64,000 bases of DNA from Cenococcum geophilum (Eukaryota), in NCBI GenBank assembly GCA_050273025.1, contig CP158635.1, positions 33,294,001 through 33,358,000 of the forward strand, given 5' to 3'. The notes under the pieces were generated by a model. That model was not told the DNA's origin. It searched no databases and saw only the letters and a program-made list of their open reading frames with translations. The position numbers were made by a program, and so were the translations under genes. Shown one piece after another: positions 11,273 through 24,500 of the stretch (position 1 is its first letter; every line of letters starts with the position of its first letter).

Positions 11273-14200
11273 ATGGCGGCCCCTCCCGCCAGTGCGCCCG
11301 GTTCTGTAGCCGCGGTAGATACGATCCAGCAAGCGTTCGAGGACTTCGAACGAACAGTAACGCCTAACGACTCCTACACATTTTCCGCGACGACTTTGGG
11401 GAATGTGCGGCAGGCGGCCCTTGATGTTGAGCGGTTGCTGGCTGCTCGACAGTCCCTTTGCAATGTGGCCCGTCTTGAACCATTTTTCACTGGGTTAGAA
11501 CATTACTCGAAAGTCATCGAGATCCTCTGCAACGGAACTCCTTACCTCCCCTGGATTTGGGCTCCCGTCAAACTTGCCTTGCAGGTAGGCACTGTCATTC
11601 GCATGCCCCAAAAGCCTTCGCGACTCGGCTTACTTAAACAATCCGCAGCTTGCTTCTGAGCATATCGAATCTTTCAAAATCATTATCGACGCATACACAC
11701 AGATTGCAGAGACACTACCACGATTCGATAGGCTGGGTGAAGCTTTCAAAGCGAATCCTGAATTCCAGCAGGTCTTAGCTGTCTTTTATGCAGATATCCT
11801 ACGGTTCCATAAAGAAGCCTACATATTTCTTCGCAGGAGCGGTTTGTTCACTTCCCAGCCATTTGAGAGACCTAAACTGAATGTTGCTCAGGTTGGAGTA
11901 CCTTCTTTCGTTCTTCATGGGGCCGCTTTAATCGTCGATTTAAGGGTATTCTCGCAAACCTATCGAGACATTCAGAGTTAGTGGATAAGGAGGCCAATGC
12001 CTGGGATATCGCTGAAGCACAGAAATGGAGAAAGGAAACAAGGCTTTGGAGAGAAGAATCTCTTTCGGAGATTGCCAAGCGGGAAAGGGAACAAACTTCC
12101 GCCCAATATCAGTCAGTACTCTTATGGTTGGAGGCCAAGGACTCAGAACAGGACGACATTTTCGATGCGCTTTTAAATTCCAGTTATCCAGGAACATGTG
12201 AATGGATTTTAAAGAACTCAAAGATAGTCTCTTGGCTGCGGCAAGAACAACATGAACCATTCCTATGGCTTATGGGAAAACCTGGCTCTGGCAAGTAAAT
12301 TCAAGTTTCGCCCTAATCTTGGTTTTTTTTAACCCAGTCAGTAAATCGCCCTATACAGCAGCTAACATATGGGAAGGCAAAAGTGTTATGACCAGCAGAA
12401 TCATTCATTTTCTCCAACAAGATAAACAAACAACTCTACTGTACCACTTTTGTACGTATGTTTCATCGCCATCGACCCGATATGGCCATATTCTCAGATC
12501 GTTGGTTGCCAAGCTGCTCCGAGGCAATGGCGATCTTCTGGCATATGTCTATGAAGAATATGTCTTAGACCGCAAGACTGCGTCGCCAACAAATTTGGAA
12601 CACCTCATCCTAACGCTTTTGCCTTCCCTATCAAGTGAACGGTCCAAGGTTGCAGTCAGAATCATCTTGGATGGATTAGACGAATGTGAAGAGGACCAGC
12701 AACAGCGTATCATAAAAATATTAGATCGCGCCAGTCGCTTGCCGACGACTGGCACTGTCTGCAAAGTACTTGTATCCAGTCGAGATACCCCAAAATTGAC
12801 AAGATTGTTGAGGAGAAAACCTTCTATTTCTTTCAAAGATGAAATTGTGGCCGTATCGAAGGCAATACAATACTACATCCAGAAAAGATTGGATGATATG
12901 AAACTGGAATTGTTGGAGTTACAGATAACTGATTCACAAATCGAGTATGCTAGGAATGCTATTGTAGCGAAGTCTGATGGTATGATTATCTGTCTATTTC
13001 CAATTGAAGATACTATTATTTACTAGCATTGGAAAGGGATGATACTCTGGGCTCGACTTGTTTTAGACATGCTCAGCTCAGAAGTTTTCAATTTCAACGA
13101 TATGAAAGCTGCAGTCGACTCCTTGCCGAAGGGATTGCCGGAGTTGTAAGCACCATCACCTATGGTTCGCTAGGAGTTATCTTTTAGCTGACGTCTTCTT
13201 AGCTATGGTAGAATTCTGAGTCGGCTTTATGCGCAATTGGGCTCCGCCTCCCTTGAAAGAGCTAGGCGCACCTTATCATGGATTGCGTTCGCAAAAAGGC
13301 CGATGAAAAAGTTTGAGTTGCAGACAGTCATTGACCTCCACACGGAAAATACTGTTCTCACTCCTTTACTTCCTGATCAGGTGTTTGACCTGTGTAAGCC
13401 GCTGATAGAAATCAGCTCAGAAGGCATACTCCGATTTGTGCATTTGTCAGTCCAAGAGTAAGGCTATCAACCCACTAGACTGCGACATGCCCTAATAATA
13501 CTCATCACCCAGATATCTTGTAGATCCTACGAGTGGTCCTTTTCTCAGAGAGACTATCGGTTGTCGTGATATGTCTATAGCCTGTGCGGTGTATCTTACC
13601 AACGCTCTGCGAGTGCTCAGCCCGTCTTTCTCCGAACATGATCGAAATTGCCTAGTCGGAAAGGGCCTTCACGGGTTTCACCTCTATGCCCACGAGTTCT
13701 GGATCGAGCATCTGTTAGGATTCGCAAAGATTGATGGCGACATTGTTACAGGAGGTTCCACTCCCTTATCACGCTTACTCCATGAGTTTTGCAACATGAT
13801 TCACCCATCTAACGCAGTAGATCCAACTATTATGGATGGTGATGCCAGCCCATCAAACTGGGATGCAAGACTGGCTCTGCTCGCAGCAGATGATCGTATA
13901 TATGCCGCTGTTACCTCTGAGCTCTATTTCCGTTCTCGTACAGAAGACGGAGCTCGCACGCGTATGTAAACATCCTATTCCGTATTCGAGCTACAATGAA
14001 GCCTAATGTTATGTTTTATAGCAAATTCTGGCCGGACTCCAAGTACTGCGCTAACACAAGCTCTGAAGACTTATCAAAACACTGTGCAGCTTCTTCTTGA
14101 CTCCGAATCGTATCCTGGATTAGGCCGGGAAGAGCTGGAGACCTTCAAGACCACGTATAGGACTGAAGCATACACTTGCCGATATTCTCGATGCCCACGT

Positions 14201-14314
14201 GCATCCAATGGATTCAAATCAGATCAGTTGCGTTGCCAACATGAAAATGGTGTTCACGGCTCGGCTGATCGTCGGTCAGCCAAAAAATCACGTGTTCGGC
14301 TAGCCACCTGTTAA
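11273..14314 (+). CDS. NACHT (STAND/NLR-like) NTPase with a helical N-terminal domain and a C-terminal C2H2 zinc finger; 8 exons
   Basis: Walker A LWLMGKPGSGKS (split by an intron), Walker B IILDGLDEC, VLVSSR, DGMILWARLV, LPKGLPEFYGRIL, FVHLSVQEYL, and CRYSRC..F..HENGVH. Inferred introns 11585-11648, 11842-11891, 12291-12376 (GC-AG), 12980-13036, 13146-13202, 13458-13512 and 13962-14021. Confidence 0.85.
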
Positions 14315-14745
14315 GCGCCGCCACGGCCGCCCAGCTGGCTCTATAGCTGGCTCTACAAATAGAGGTCGCATTGATGCCTCAACTGGTCGCGAGCCCTCAG
14401 CATTTAAGCAAAATACTGGATATACTAACCGCGGGCGTGGCCGTGGCCGCCCGCGTAGCCGCAGAGGCAATGCGCAGACCTCAAATAGAGGCGGTACCAA
14501 CCAAATCAGTCTAGGCACTGCCTTACAGACCACTGCGCAATCCACTCAATCGACTCAGGAGCAAGTAGGTGGTATCACAGGTGGTAAAAATGGTAGTGGG
14601 AGTCAAGATGCCTCTGCAGATAGCTTGCCAAGTATTAGCGGCAATATTTCACAGGCTTACAGTGGTCGTGGGACCTTGCCCTTTCAGCACGACTTCACTA
14701 AGGGGTCCTTTGGCGCATTCTAGCTCTGATTTGAACTCTACAAGT
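14300..14745 (+). mobile_element. Possible relic of a Mutator-like transposase 3' end (appears to continue at 27799-28010)
   Basis: An alternate frame reads PPVKRRHGRPAGS...STGREPSAFKQ...RGRGRGRPR, which resembles the GRP..STRRDPSAFE tails of fungal MULE transposases. The resemblance is from memory only. Confidence 0.35.
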
Positions 14746-15501
14746 TAACGTCTTAGCCACCCAGACGAGACAGCCACCCACCCGAGACAGTGCATGGGCC
14801 TCCTACGAAAATCAAAATCAAATTGACATCAAAATTAACCCCAAAATCAACCTAAATTAACCCTATTATATAAATACACTATAATCCATTGGTAGTTCCT
14901 TCCAAACCTTCTTTATAAAGGTAATAACCCCCCATAATACAGCCTTCCTTTCCTTTACCCTCTTCTCTTCCTACTCCTTTTAAAGCTTTTCATCGTTCTT
15001 CCCTTGTGCCTTTGCTACTAATAAAACTCGTGCCTTCCCATAGGCGGCTTTTATCTTACTATAACGCTCCTCCTCTTACCTTTTAAGAAGCTTCTAATTT
15101 ATTCGCTTGAGGATTATATTATTAGCTACCGTACTTAATGTAAACTGTTAAATATTATGTATAGCTTAAGAATATAGGGGTAATACACCTTGCAAGAGCT
15201 GCCTAAATATTTTAGTAAGTCTTTCCTCTATAAAAGAAGACACGGGTATATTAAATTTATGGCCATTCTTGTCTATAAAGCTTATATAGGAAGGAGTTAT
15301 TAGCCAAATCTTTTCTAAAATAATTAAAGGATTAAATGGTAGAAGGCTAGTTGCTTACTATACGCTTACTATATTAAATGGTTATATAGCTTCGTCTTGT
15401 ATAGCTTAGTAATACTTAAGGAACTTAGGCTTAGTAATATTAACAGCTTTATAGAAGGCGAAGTTATAGAGGTGCTTTTAATAGGCTTTTAATAAGGGGC
15501 T

Positions 15502-18500
15502 TATTAGCGACTTAGTTAATCGAGGTATAAGCACGGTATAAGGGACGTGCAAGCCTATATAATTGGATTGTCTATAAACGAGAATCTAAAGCTAGAGAAA
15601 GGAAAGGAGAAGAAGAGCAGCGCTGGTTAAAGTAGGGTTCTTTTATACGGTCCTCTAGTTACATAACCTCAAAGTTCTGCTAAGTTCTACCAGTTAAGTT
15701 CTGCCAAGTTCTGCTAGTTCTGCCAGTGCCGTAATATTACCCCCCCCTCCGTAAAAGCCTGCCCTTAGGCTTTGTATGTCTATATTATGCCCATAGGGCG
15801 TTCTTATCTTTATGCTCTTCCGGTAGCTTATTATCTTTATTATGCTAGCATTCCATCCATTTGTCTAGGTACTTTGGCGGTCCTAGTTTATTAGGGTAAC
15901 AGCTATAGAATTCTTAAAGCTTATAGGGACTGCTAATAAAGTTCTATATAGGGTACTAGGTAGGATCTAAGTCATAGCCTTTCCAACTAACGCGGTACTT
16001 TAGCGTTTTCCTTACTAGCTTACAGGCTAGTATCTCTTTAATTTCCTATTTATTATCGCTACTGACTTAAATCGACAGGGGGGGTTCGTTCTTTTATCTA
16101 GGTAATAGGTCATTTATAGCCTTCCGTAGCTTATCTAGTAAAAAGATAGGGTAAACCTTAATTAAATCTAGGAGCTCTACTTTATATAAATTGCCTATTT
16201 TCTTAAGAACCTTATACGGTCCTGCTATCTAATAATTGAGCTTATAGCTAGGCCGTTCCGTCTTCTAGTTCTTTATTATAACCCAAACCATATTACCTAC
16301 GGTAAAGTTGGGCTCGCGCCTATACTTATTTGCCTACTATTTTATTAATTTTTAGGCCTTTTTTAGGTTTATATAGGCTACTATCTAGGCTTCCTCTAAG
16401 CGCTTGGCGTACTACTAAGCTTCCTTATAAGACAGTTTCTTGCGTATAGTCTATAGTCCTTCTAGCCTATCCTAGTTAAAGCTTATTTAGGGTAAATACC
16501 TTATTTCTAGTTAGATAGATGCAAATCCTATAGAGTTATAGGGTAGGGTCGCCTGGGCGTAGTTTATTAGAGGTAGCAGTTCGCCCTAGTTATCTTAGAA
16601 GTAGTTAATAAAGGGCCGGAGTCTCTAGTCTAAGTATTAATTTATAATCTCCGTCTAACTATCTATCTAGAGGTAGTACGCTGTAGAAAGCTTTAGCCTA
16701 ATTTCTAAAATCTGGGTAAACTCGTTCCAGAAAGCCGATATAAACTATAGTCTATAGTCCGATATAATAGTATCTAGTAGTCCGTAAATTTAGTAGATGT
16801 AATAGATATATAGTTAGGCCGCCTCTTTAGCATTAATATTCTTATAATAGGGGATTAAGAAAGGGCGTTTGCCAAATCGGTTAACCAAGATTATAACTAT
16901 ATCGTACCCGTTACGGTCTACTAGTAGTTCATAAAAGTCTATAAAGATATACTACTAGGGGCGCTCTGGTATTAGGAGTAGCTTTAATAGTCTTAGGGTC
17001 TTATCTTGTGGAATTATAGACCTATAGCAGTTATTGCAGTTCCTTATATAACGGTTAATATCCGTAACCATTCTAGGCTAGTAGTAACGGTCACTAATAA
17101 TTTTACAGGTTTTATTTTTTCTAGGGTAGGCCGTAAAGACCTAGGTATATGCTTTAGTAATAAGCCGGGTTTATAAGTTCTTTTCTTTTACTACTACTAG
17201 CCGTTCCCAGTACTTAAGTAGTCCATTTTTAAGGGACTATAGGCTAGTAACATCCTTTACCTTTTTACGGTACTCCTATAAAGAAGGGTCCGTACGGTTT
17301 ACTTACAGTAGTTCATTAATAAGGTCGAATTCCATAGGGTTAATAGGATATATCTCGGCGCTTAAAGATTTAGTACTTAGTTCTTCCCGTATCTAAGGGT
17401 TAAGGTGCTTTAGTTATAGTAGCGTCTAGGTCTATAATAAGACCTTTACGGCCATCTAGTTATCTAGGTCTTATTTACGCCTTATAAAAGCGTCCGCACG
17501 GTTAGTAGCGCCTAGCCTATATATAATTAGGAAGTTAAACTGGGATAGGATATCTACCTAGCGCGCCTGCCGGGCCGTAAGGGCTTTTATTATTATAAAA
17601 TATTCTAAGGCCTTATAATCTAAAACCACTTAGATAGGTTTAGGGGTCCCTTTTAACTATACTTACCAGTGCTAAAAGCTATAGATAATAGCCAATATTT
17701 CTTTATTATAAATTGGGTAGTTTAGCTCAGCATCTATTATAGTCTTTAAGTAGTAAGCAGTAGGGTGCTATTCCCTATCCGTCTACTTCTGGGAATAAAC
17801 GCTAGTAATAACACTATCTAAGGCATCCGTTTCTAGTATTAAGGGCTATTTTAGGTTAAAGTAGGCGAGTAAAGGAGCGGAGACTAGCCGTTTTTTAAGT
17901 TCACTAAAAGCCTACCTACATACGGTATTAAAGTAGAAGGGCTGGTCCTTTATTATAAGGCAGCTAAGGGGCTAAGTAATTCTACTATAGTTCTTAATAA
18001 AGCGTTAGTAGAAGTTATAGAAGCCTAGGAATAACTATATCCCTTTTACGGTCCGTAGTGGTTCCTATTAATTAATTACGGCCGTCTTTTCTAGGTCTGC
18101 CTTAATTCCGTCCATACTAATAATAAACCCTAGGTACTTTATTTACTTTATACTAAACTCTAACTTCTTAATATTAGCCTAGAGGCTAGTATTATAAAGC
18201 CATTATAGGACCTTATAGACGTACTCCTTATATTCTAACTTGTTTTTGGAGTAAATTATAATATTATCTAGGTAGGCTGTACAGAAGTCATTAAGGTAGT
18301 TAAAGAGTATATCATTTATATATTGTTGGTACGTAGTAGGTCCGTTAGTCAGTCTAAAAGGAAGTACTTTATATTTATATAATCCGTATTAAGTCCGAAA
18401 TATAGTAAGGTTTATAGATCTAGGGTTTATTCTAATTTAGTAAAAGGCCTAGCGGATATTAAGCTTTGTAAATACCTTAGCTCTATTTATTTAGGCTAGC

Positions 18501-21500
18501 GTTTTATCTAGTAAGGGCAGCGGATAACGGTCTTTGCGGGTTATATTATTAAGCTTATAGTAGTTAATACAGAAACAAAGTCCTCCGTTTAGCTTTTTTA
18601 TAAAGAGAATAGGGGAGGCAAATGGGGCCTAACTAGGCTCAATAAACCCCTTTACTAGGTTATCCACAATATACTACTTAGTGGCCTATAATTCGGCAAT
18701 AGATTATTTATAAAGGGGGGTATAGCTAAGGACGTTTTCCTTATCTAGTTTAATCTTAATCTTATAGTTATACGGTCGGTAGGGTAGGAGTATATTAAAT
18801 ACTACCTTGGAGAATACGTTTTTGAACTCTTAGTACTAATAGGGTAGTTTCCGTTCTACTAGCTCCTTATTTATAAGCTTATCCTCCTCTTAGGCTAGGG
18901 TCTCTTTTTCTTTAATTATTTAATCAATTTTATATAAGCTAGTTATAAAGGTAACGGTATCTAGCTAAACTAAGTTTTAGTAGAATCCTACAGCGCTAAT
19001 ATAGCAGATATTAACTGGTGGGAGGTCTATAGGTTTCTTTACGGATATTTATTAGGCCGTATTTTGCGGTATAGGGTTTATAGTCTTCCTTAGCTCGGTT
19101 CTATTTTCTGTAAGTTATCCTTTTAGTCTATTAGTTTAGTATACCATTTAATATTCCTGGCCTTCTATTATAGCTGTATAGGGCCTAGGTTCTCTACTAA
19201 GGACTTAGGTAGATTACTATTAACTTCCTAAGTCTATAGTGTGGGTAGCGTAATATAGGTAGCCTAGGGGCGGTGTAGTATATGGATCCGTTGCGGGTTA
19301 AGCTATATATCCTTCTTAAAGGCCTAGTCTCTACGTATAGCATCGGCCTAGTAGATAGTATTAGTCTGGGGTTATACTAGATTTTCTATTATAATGCTAA
19401 TTTCTTTTATAAAAGAAGGGGTTAAGGGTAGGGTTTTGGGCTAGATAAGCCGTTTACTTTATATGTTAAGCTATAAACCTAAATAGGCTAGCCATTTCCT
19501 CCCTAAGATTATATTATAGCTTCTAAGGTCCGTAATTAGGAAGGGAATATTATACTACCTTCGCCGATTAACACGGAGGTGTATTTACAAAATACTTATA
19601 ATAGGTTACCCTACCTATTTGTTATACCCGCGAATAGGAATTAGTTTAGGCAGGTCTTTTATAAATACGTTAAGAAAGTTAGCTAGCTTTATAGTATACT
19701 AGGTGTTAATTAGGGTAAAGGTATTTACTTTAGAGTTAGCTAAGGTAGAGGTTAAAACTTAATATCTATTACGGAATAAAGTATAAGAGATAGTATAGCT
19801 TCTTCTACTAACTAGCTAACCCAGATTAATATATAACATATTAATCCCTTTTAACCCTAGAGAGGAGTCTTTCTCTAAGATTTCTTTTTTTTTTAACTCT
19901 GTACTATCCTCCTAGATTAATAAAACCTTATTTATCTTTGCCTTTATTAAGTAGTTTCTTATAGAGTAGCCTAGTTAACCGTATAAGAAGTAAGCTTCTT
20001 AATCGCTAAGGGCCTATATATAGGGGTCGCTATATATAGGCCGGGTGTACACTAGACCTACGGTAGGGGTAGCTACGTAGCTAGCTACTAGGTTAACTAT
20101 AGGCTAAGCGGCCGGTGCCGTAGGGGTTATTAATTATGCTAGGGCACTACGGGCCGTTCTTGCAGTACTTACGGCCTGGTTTATAAGGTTTCTAGTTTTT
20201 AGCTAATTAGCACGTGCCTTAATTTAACAAAGGCCTTAGTTAATAGCTAGGTAATAATCTATAAGTTCCTTTAACGTTTATACTATAGTATAAGCTAGTA
20301 GTACGGCCCGCTATAGGTCTAGGGTAAGCTTATTAAAGAGGTCTAGAAGTAGGTCTTTTTAGGGAATCTAGGCTTATCTAGCTAGGTATAAAAAGCAGGT
20401 CTAAAAGGCTGAAAAGGTCTCCGTTATTTTTATATTTAGACTTTTATAGCTAAGGTAGGCGTTCTATACCCTAAAAGGGTCCTTATAGATAGAAGATAGG
20501 TAGTTAATTATTTCTTCTTTAGAGAGGAAGGGCTCTGCTAAGTCCTGGGCGTATCGCGGACGTAGATATATCTATACGTCTCTACTAATACGGCTGAAAA
20601 CGTAGGCCATCTTAGCTTAGGGGGTAGGAAAGTAGTTAGTATTAACTTTAAGCTTATCCTGTAATTAAAGCTTCTAGTTATTAAATATTAGGTTTATTTT
20701 ATCCGTAAGTAGTAGGGGATCCGCGACCTTTACTAACCGCTTTAGTACTATATAGGTCTTGGTAAATCCACTAAGGCGCTAAAATAGGGCCTAAAGGACT
20801 GTAGTAAGTCTTTAGTTGTCTAATAATGACTTATTATTAGATATAGGGGTATCTCTAGCTTTAAGCAGCTCTCGCAGTCGTTTAATTTTGGTATTAGCTG
20901 CCGCAAGCTCCGCCTAGGGGGTTAAAACATTAATTATTTCTTTATCTAAAGTATTTAAGGGTCCTGTAGCTATTTTACCTACTACTATATTTTATAGCAT
21001 GGTGGTAGGGGTATTAGGTAATTTTAGGTAATTTCTTTAAGGGTTCTAGTCTATACGTATCTTATAGGTCCTTTCCTTAGGGTTTTATTCTTTTCCTTTA
21101 GGTCCTGTCCTTATGGTCCTAGTAATATCCTTAGGGTCTTATTCTGTATCCTTGTCCTATTTATAGTCCTATAGATATATTTAAGTTCCTTTTTAGAAAG
21201 AAAGGGTAGTCTATTATTTACACGCTTGCGGAGAAGAGGATTAATTAATCTAATTGGTGGGTATAGGCTTAAAGGCATTAATTAAGAATGGGTATATTCG
21301 CAAGGCCATTTATAGGGGATTGCCCTGCCTTAACTAAACGTAATACCTACGGACCCGTGCGTAAGCATATCGCTATAGTATCTATTTATAAAGCCCAAAA
21401 TATATAACTAAAGAAAAAGGTACGGGTGGGAGGGAAAGTAAGCAAGCAAGGCTTAATTTTGTAAATGTTAATAATGTTAATGTTGCTAAGATATAGGGGT

Positions 21501-24500
21501 GCTGCTATAGTACTCGCTTAGCCATATAGATATATCCATTTATTATTTATACGCTTATGGAGAAGAGGATTAATTAATCTAATTAGTGGGTATAGGCTTA
21601 AAGGTATTAATTAAGAATGGGTATATTTACAAGGCTATTTATAGGGAATTACCCTGCCTTAACTAAACGTAATACCTATAGACCTAAAAGCGCAGCGCCT
21701 ATACCACATAAGGTAGAGTAGGGGGAAGAAAAAATAAAAAATAAAAAAGGGGGGGAAAGGAGAGATTTAAGTTAATGTATTAGAGTGCCAAAATAGGCAC
21801 TCCTACACGCCGTTATGCCTAAATACCTTCGCCTATTGTATCTAGGGCGAGTAATAATAAGAACGGTATTGGCGTTCTATATTAGAAGTTTATACTTAGC
21901 TAAAATAGGTCTTTTAGGGATAATAAATAGTAAAGCTAGAACGCTTATAAGGACCACCGGCCTAGTTACTATATTTAGCCGTCTATAAAACCGTTATCTT
22001 AAGCGTATTAAGCAGCACCTTTTTAAAATAAGTGTCCGTTATAGAGCTTAGAGTAGAGGCTAAGAGCGGCAATTTTATACTTTAGCTTATTCCTAACCGT
22101 ATAGCTTATAAAGGCCGATTTCTTAAAGTAAAAGAGAGGGGCGTTTCTAGGTTAGGGGTTATTTTTAAATAGGTGTTTTATAGCTCGAACTGCGCATTTA
22201 GGTTGCCCTAAAGCGGCAATTATAATTAAGACTCCTTAGTAATTAACGTCCGTTTTACTACGCTTTAGACATAATATTATATAGTCCTCTGCTAGCGTTA
22301 TATCGTTTCTAGTATATTTTATAGTAGAGAAGGCGTAGCTATCTTTCTAAGCCTTAGTGTAGGTAATCTCGCCTAGATAAAGGAATTCCGTAAAGGCCGT
22401 GGTGATAATAGCGTTAAAGTTAAGATCCTTAATAGATTGGGCATTTAGGGTAACCAATTAAGCGAGGATGTCTTTGGTAATTAGCAATCTTTTAGCTATA
22501 GTAAAGGGATTTATAAATATTACACCGTCTAGAATCCTTTTAATAATAGAATTATTAAAGACGGAGGTGTTATAATTAGCGTTAATATAATGGGATTGAA
22601 TTATGGAGACGTAGGCTTTAACTATAGTAGGCTTAATATAGCTTATTCCTGGACTAGCATTACCAAAGATCTATTAGGTAATCCATTCTCCTAGGTAGTA
22701 AAGGGGCGCTAGGTACTTTACCACTCTATAAAGGTCATAGTAGCCCTCCTAACTCTTAATTGCGGGATAGTATAAATCTCTTATTCTATTAGAGAGGCTA
22801 TACTATAATAGTTAGCCAAAGCATTCTAAGGGGGCTTTTACCTTAATTTAGAAATTAGGTAGGGGGTCTTTAAAAGGAACTAGGTCTTCTATTTCGGCGT
22901 TAGATTAAATATAATAAAGAAGCGTATAGTAATGGTAAATTAGAAGTATCCTAATGCGGGTATAGTAATAACACCCTATTACAATTAAAACGAGATAGAG
23001 TATTAGCTAGCCCGTTTTTTATAAAGGAAACCCACTTTATATAGAGCGTAATATTATAGGCTGCGGCTAGTTAGAGAATCTTATAGAGCGGGTAATTACC
23101 TAGTCCTTTTACTACCATATTTTAAAATCCTAAGAGTACTACTATATTATCTGTATAGATATAGACTAAGCTATACTCCTACTATATTACCTAGAGCTAA
23201 AACGAGGTTGTAATTGCTCAAACCTCCCGCTTATTAATTAGGGTAAGGCGGTGTTTTGCATTAGGGTAGTAGCTTAAAGAATTATCTTAGGGTAGAGATA
23301 CCGAATAGGGCGGCTATATTATTCCTTAAGAATCCTTAAGGAAGAAGAAGGCCCTATAACTAAGAATCCTAGATATATCTAAAAAGAGATAGAATTATTT
23401 TTAATCCGTATTATTAAAGAAGAGGATACTATTTAAAAGGGTAAGAGTATCCCTCTACTATAATAAGTCTTAGCAAAGTTTAGCTATTAGCCGTTGGTAA
23501 GAATAACTACCTACCTTTATAAAAGTAGAGATAAACTTCTAAATAGAGCGGTTATATAAACGCCTAAGCCTAATTACCTAGGTGCTCTAAGTAAGTCTAC
23601 TAGCTAGTTTTTAACTCTAAACTAGCGTCAGGGATCTACTACTTAACGCTTTATTAATCTCCTTAATTATAGTGGCCTATTTTAAAGGAGAAAGATATAG
23701 CTTAGACTTTAGAGTATCTATAATATAACCTAGGACTTCAGCTATAGTGCCTTTAATATTCTTTAATTCATTTTATAGAATACCTAATTTGTTACTTAAT
23801 TGGTTATATATACTAAGCAATTAAGGGAGGATAAAAGTGTTAAAGAGTATAAAAATAAAATCATCTAAATAGTGCTTTAAGGCGGCGTTTAGGATATATT
23901 AGATAAGTATCTAGTAGAATCCCTCCGTAAAAAGATTAAATAAAAAGGGTATAGTTTAAAGGCTAAATAAGAGGCAACGTTTAAAATACACTATACCCTT
24001 CTAGGAGAACCCTATAAGGCGTTAAGCTTTAATAGAAAGTAGGATATTCTAAAAGGCGTCCTTAATATCCCTCTTAACAATTATATAACTATGGCCTATA
24101 TATATAACATGTTAGAGAACCTAATTAACTATTAAATATTATAGTGTGGCGAATACTATAGGAATTAAGTTGTTAATAAATCGGCTAGATAGTAAGGATA
24201 AGTTATAAATACGGCGCCATCCCCTATCCGCTTTAGGTACTAAACCTAGCGGTAAGGATATAACGGGAGATGTTACTATTATAATCCTACCTATATTTAG
24301 ATCGGCGCTAATCTTCTTTAAGATTAGGACCGTATTTATAGCTATTAAGGCTTAGTTCTTCTAAAAGAGGAGCTTAATTTCTAGGTCTACCCTAATTTAG
24401 TATCTAAACTTTAAAATACTAATAATATTGCGTTAGAAGTTGCTGGGGTATAGGGATAGATAATACCCCTACGCTTAAATAATTAAGGGGGAGGGAGAGT

